Below, one piece after another: positions 61,295 through 64,000 of a stretch of DNA of 64,000 nt. How positions within the stretch are numbered: the stretch's first letter is position 1; the number at the start of each line of letters is the position of its first letter. The position numbers and the translations under genes were made by a program. The notes under the pieces are model-generated. The model worked only from the letters and a program-made list of their open reading frames with translations. It had not been told where the DNA came from and made no database searches. Origin of the DNA: Chrysomallon squamiferum (taxonomy: Eukaryota > Animalia > Mollusca); NCBI GenBank assembly GCA_012295275.1, contig CM022669.1, forward strand, positions 8,494,001-8,558,000, read 5' to 3'.

Positions 61295-61927
61295 ATTGGC
61301 TAAAATACGATATTTTTTTCTTAGATTTTGTCTTTACACCGGTGTTGAGTTTGAAAATAAAATCCAGTGTGAGTTTGACATCGTCTGATAACTTTTTAAT
61401 TCGGATAAAAATAGTATACTCTCATTTAATTGTATTATAAGCAAGATTCGTTAGTATATAGAGAGATACACAGATAGACACACACATAAAGATTCAAACA
61501 CACAGATACACACTTGTACTTTTTTTATTTTTTTGGAATCATAAAATTATAAAAATGTCTTTTGTCATCATATTGTGGAATGTATTTGGGTTTTTTCTTT
61601 TCACTGGAAAATTGCTTTGACATAAGGTTAAGACGTAACTGCATTACGTGTAAAATAACTTTATCATAAATGTTTATATATTTGTTAATTTATAGAAGAA
61701 AATGAATGCAGATGCGATGAAAAAATAATAATGAAGTCAAATCTATAGTTTTACAATCAATCAATCATAAGGAATATAGATTTTGAAAAATAAAACTTTT
61801 CTGGATGTTTTATTCAAGTCATGTAGCTTAGTATGATTCGCATAATCACCGTTACAGAAGAAAACAGATCAGTTAACAAAATTATCATAAGCCTAGAACA
61901 AATTACAACCAGATTTCTTTTCGATCT

Positions 61928-62356
61928 TTCTGGTTATGCTATTTTTTTGTTTAACTTCTAGTGAACTACGCTTCTCACTTTTTGTTGAAACAACTCGGTT
62001 ATTCTTTGACTATAAAATAAATGTCTAACATGAAAAAGCTCACTGCTGGGATTGATGTTAATTGAAATTTAAACTCTTGTAAATGAAAAATATACGACAA
62101 GATTTATGCAGAAACTCGTTCTACAAACATTATCATCTATCCTTGGATTATTATAATGAATTTCTGAAAAAAAAATCATTAATATATGTATTTCATTCTG
62201 TCAGATATAAATAAAACTAATATTGTGATGAGAAATGTGAAGATGACGAATGTGGAAGAAGCACAGTAAATAGTTTTAGATCTAAAATTTAAATTTACTT
62301 GCATTTAGAATTAGTTCCAAAACAATCAGTTTTACCTGTACGGCAGTGTCTATCAA
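61928..62356 (-). repeat. Inverted copy of block B (part matching ~56790-57297)
   Basis: GATTTATGCAGAAACTCGTTC, TCACTGCTGGGAT, ATGTATTTCATTCTGTCA and GCAGTGTCTATCA are reverse complements of motifs at 56790-57300, in colinear order. Confidence 0.85.
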
Positions 62357-62445
62357 GTATACACACACCACGTTTGTGTACATATGTGTATAATCCTGTA
62401 TTTTATTTTTTTTTTTCATTTATAAGTATAAATAGATTCAAATGG

Positions 62446-62828
62446 AGCGAAGAATAGTGGGCTACAATCGAAAGCTTCCATTTCGAATTACTATTTTCGC
62501 ACAAATGGTGTACGTGATCTTGTGATGTGTATAATGCAATGTCCAGTATGTTTTTCCGCCCTTTGTCAGCCAAAGGGGTTGGGAGCGACACAGTGTCCAG
62601 CCACTAGTTCCAATGTATTTGTTTTGACATAGCGTGAGTAGCCAGGGATAAGCTCGTTTCATGTATTTCATCTGAAATGTTGCCCATCCTCTTGACTAAA
62701 TATACCAGGACGCTCTCTGGAGCAGGACTCACTTCACGTAGATCAACGTTCACGGATACTGAGAGCTGGATACTGCCTGGTGCTGATTCTTCAAGATTGG
62801 TATTCGATTGTAGCCCACTTCCTTCGCT
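62446..62828. mobile_element. 383-bp TIR-bounded element (MITE-like)
   Basis: Perfect 17-bp inverted repeat AGTGGGCTACAATCGAA (62456-62472) / TTCGATTGTAGCCCACT (62803-62819), extending imperfectly to AGCGAAG ends. GC-richer interior; no clear TSD. Confidence 0.65.
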
Positions 62829-63089
62829 GAATGACGACGATGTAAATAACATTAACACTGTGTCTTTAAATCAAACTGTGAACAGGGAATCCGTTTGTAA
62901 TGGACAAGATAATATCAGACTTAATCCAAGCAATAAAATGTGTGTGTGTGTGTGTGTGTCTGTGCGTGGCTCTCTATTAATCTACATCTATGTTAAGAAA
63001 GTCATGAAAAGACTGAAATTGGAAGGTGCGAGGACACTTCATATTAATATTATTTTCTCTATCAGTATCGGTCTGAAGACAAAATAGTA

Positions 63090-63400
63090 TACTGATATTT
63101 AATAATCCTGTCAGTGAGGTCCGTCAATGAAAAACACATTTTTCGAAAAATCTTTCTTAAATGTGTTAAATTATTGTTAGTACGACTTACTTTGTCTTCA
63201 CACCAATACTGAGGGAGAAAATAAAATTAATGTGACTGATTGTTATGAAATATTTATTTAAAACATGAACGTGTCCTCGCGTTTTCGAGTTTCAGACTGT
63301 TTTTGATTTTATTGAATTTGTGTTAAATAAAATATTGGTTATAAATTACATGTATAAAAATATTTGTCTAGAAATCATTCGTAAATCTGTAGGAATTACT
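63090..63400 (-). repeat. Inverted duplicated block A, right copy
   Basis: Reverse complement of 56281-56600 with few substitutions and one ~13-bp indel. Confidence 0.92.
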
Positions 63401-63579
63401 GGATTATTTCTCATAGATAATAAACGAAGTCAGGTGAACGATATTTTTCAGCCTGCAAATGAACAGAGCGTTTACCATAAATGTTTCTATATTTGTGAAT
63501 GTAGGAAAGGAAAAGAGTACTGATGTCATGAAACGATAAACATGAATAAACGTATGAATTTAGAATAAATTCTTATTCT

Positions 63580-63980
63580 GTCTAAGTTAAATAAATAAAT
63601 AAATAAACAGAAAATACATACGCATAAAAATAAAACTCTCCTGCATGTTTTGTACAAATTAGGCAGCTTAGCATGATTTAGAGTTTTAAACACAGCTATA
63701 CAAAAGATAACATATTTATTAGTCAAACAGAATTATCATTAATCTAGAACATATTGAAATGGGATATCTGATGGCTATTTCTGGTGATGACACCTTTTGA
63801 TGAAATATCTCATTTATTATTCGACTATAAAATAAATGTGTTCGTCACAACAGCTTTAATTTTTGTTTCAAGGTAAATAAAAAGTTTATAAGAAAACAGC
63901 TCATTGCAGACATTGCAATGAACTGAAAATTAAACTTGAATAAATTAACAAATATATTACAAATTTATGCAGAAACGGTT
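63580..63980 (-). repeat. Second inverted copy of block B (matching ~57080-57535)
   Basis: GCAGCTTAGCATGATTTAGAGTTTTAAA, TTTATTAGTCAAACAGAATTATCATTAATCTAGAACATATTGAAATGGGA and ACAAATTTATGCAGAAAC. Confidence 0.9.
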
Positions 63981-64000
63981 TCAGCCGTTGGATTAATTGA

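Noticed and set aside
62403-63087. Overlapping short ORFs over the TIR element (possible transposase remnant)
   Set aside because: No recognisable DDE, HTH or other motif in any frame.

Overview
AT-rich, microsatellite-dense eukaryotic (animal) DNA with GT-AG introns. The repeat landscape and gene content suggest a lophotrochozoan such as a mollusc, but this is inference only. Nearly all ORFs in the supplied track are simple-repeat artefacts, so the genes were rebuilt by hand from splice sites and reading phase. (1) Plus strand, ~10.2-41.2 kb: a Dpr/ZIG-8/lachesin-type Ig cell-surface gene (~234 aa) with a signal peptide, only one Ig domain found, in-frame micro-exons and a GPI-signal-like tail. 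(2) Minus strand, 46842-50844: mitochondrial ribosomal protein uS11m (MRPS11), 7 coding exons. (3) A hedgehog-related Hog/Hint locus. A complete 6-exon plus-strand gene (58697-61294, 259 aa) encodes a signal peptide, a 40-aa cationic 8-Cys peptide and a Hint autoprocessing domain with an SRR-like tail. The Hint keeps Cys1, TxxH and Cys143 but has Lys where Hedgehog has the sterol-activating Asp46. An oppositely oriented paralog (52711-53572) shows only its last two exons, intact, with Asn at the Cys143/intein-terminal position. The complete gene is bracketed by inverted duplicated blocks and a small TIR element. The Hint-released cysteine-rich peptide locus is the most interesting signal in the window.
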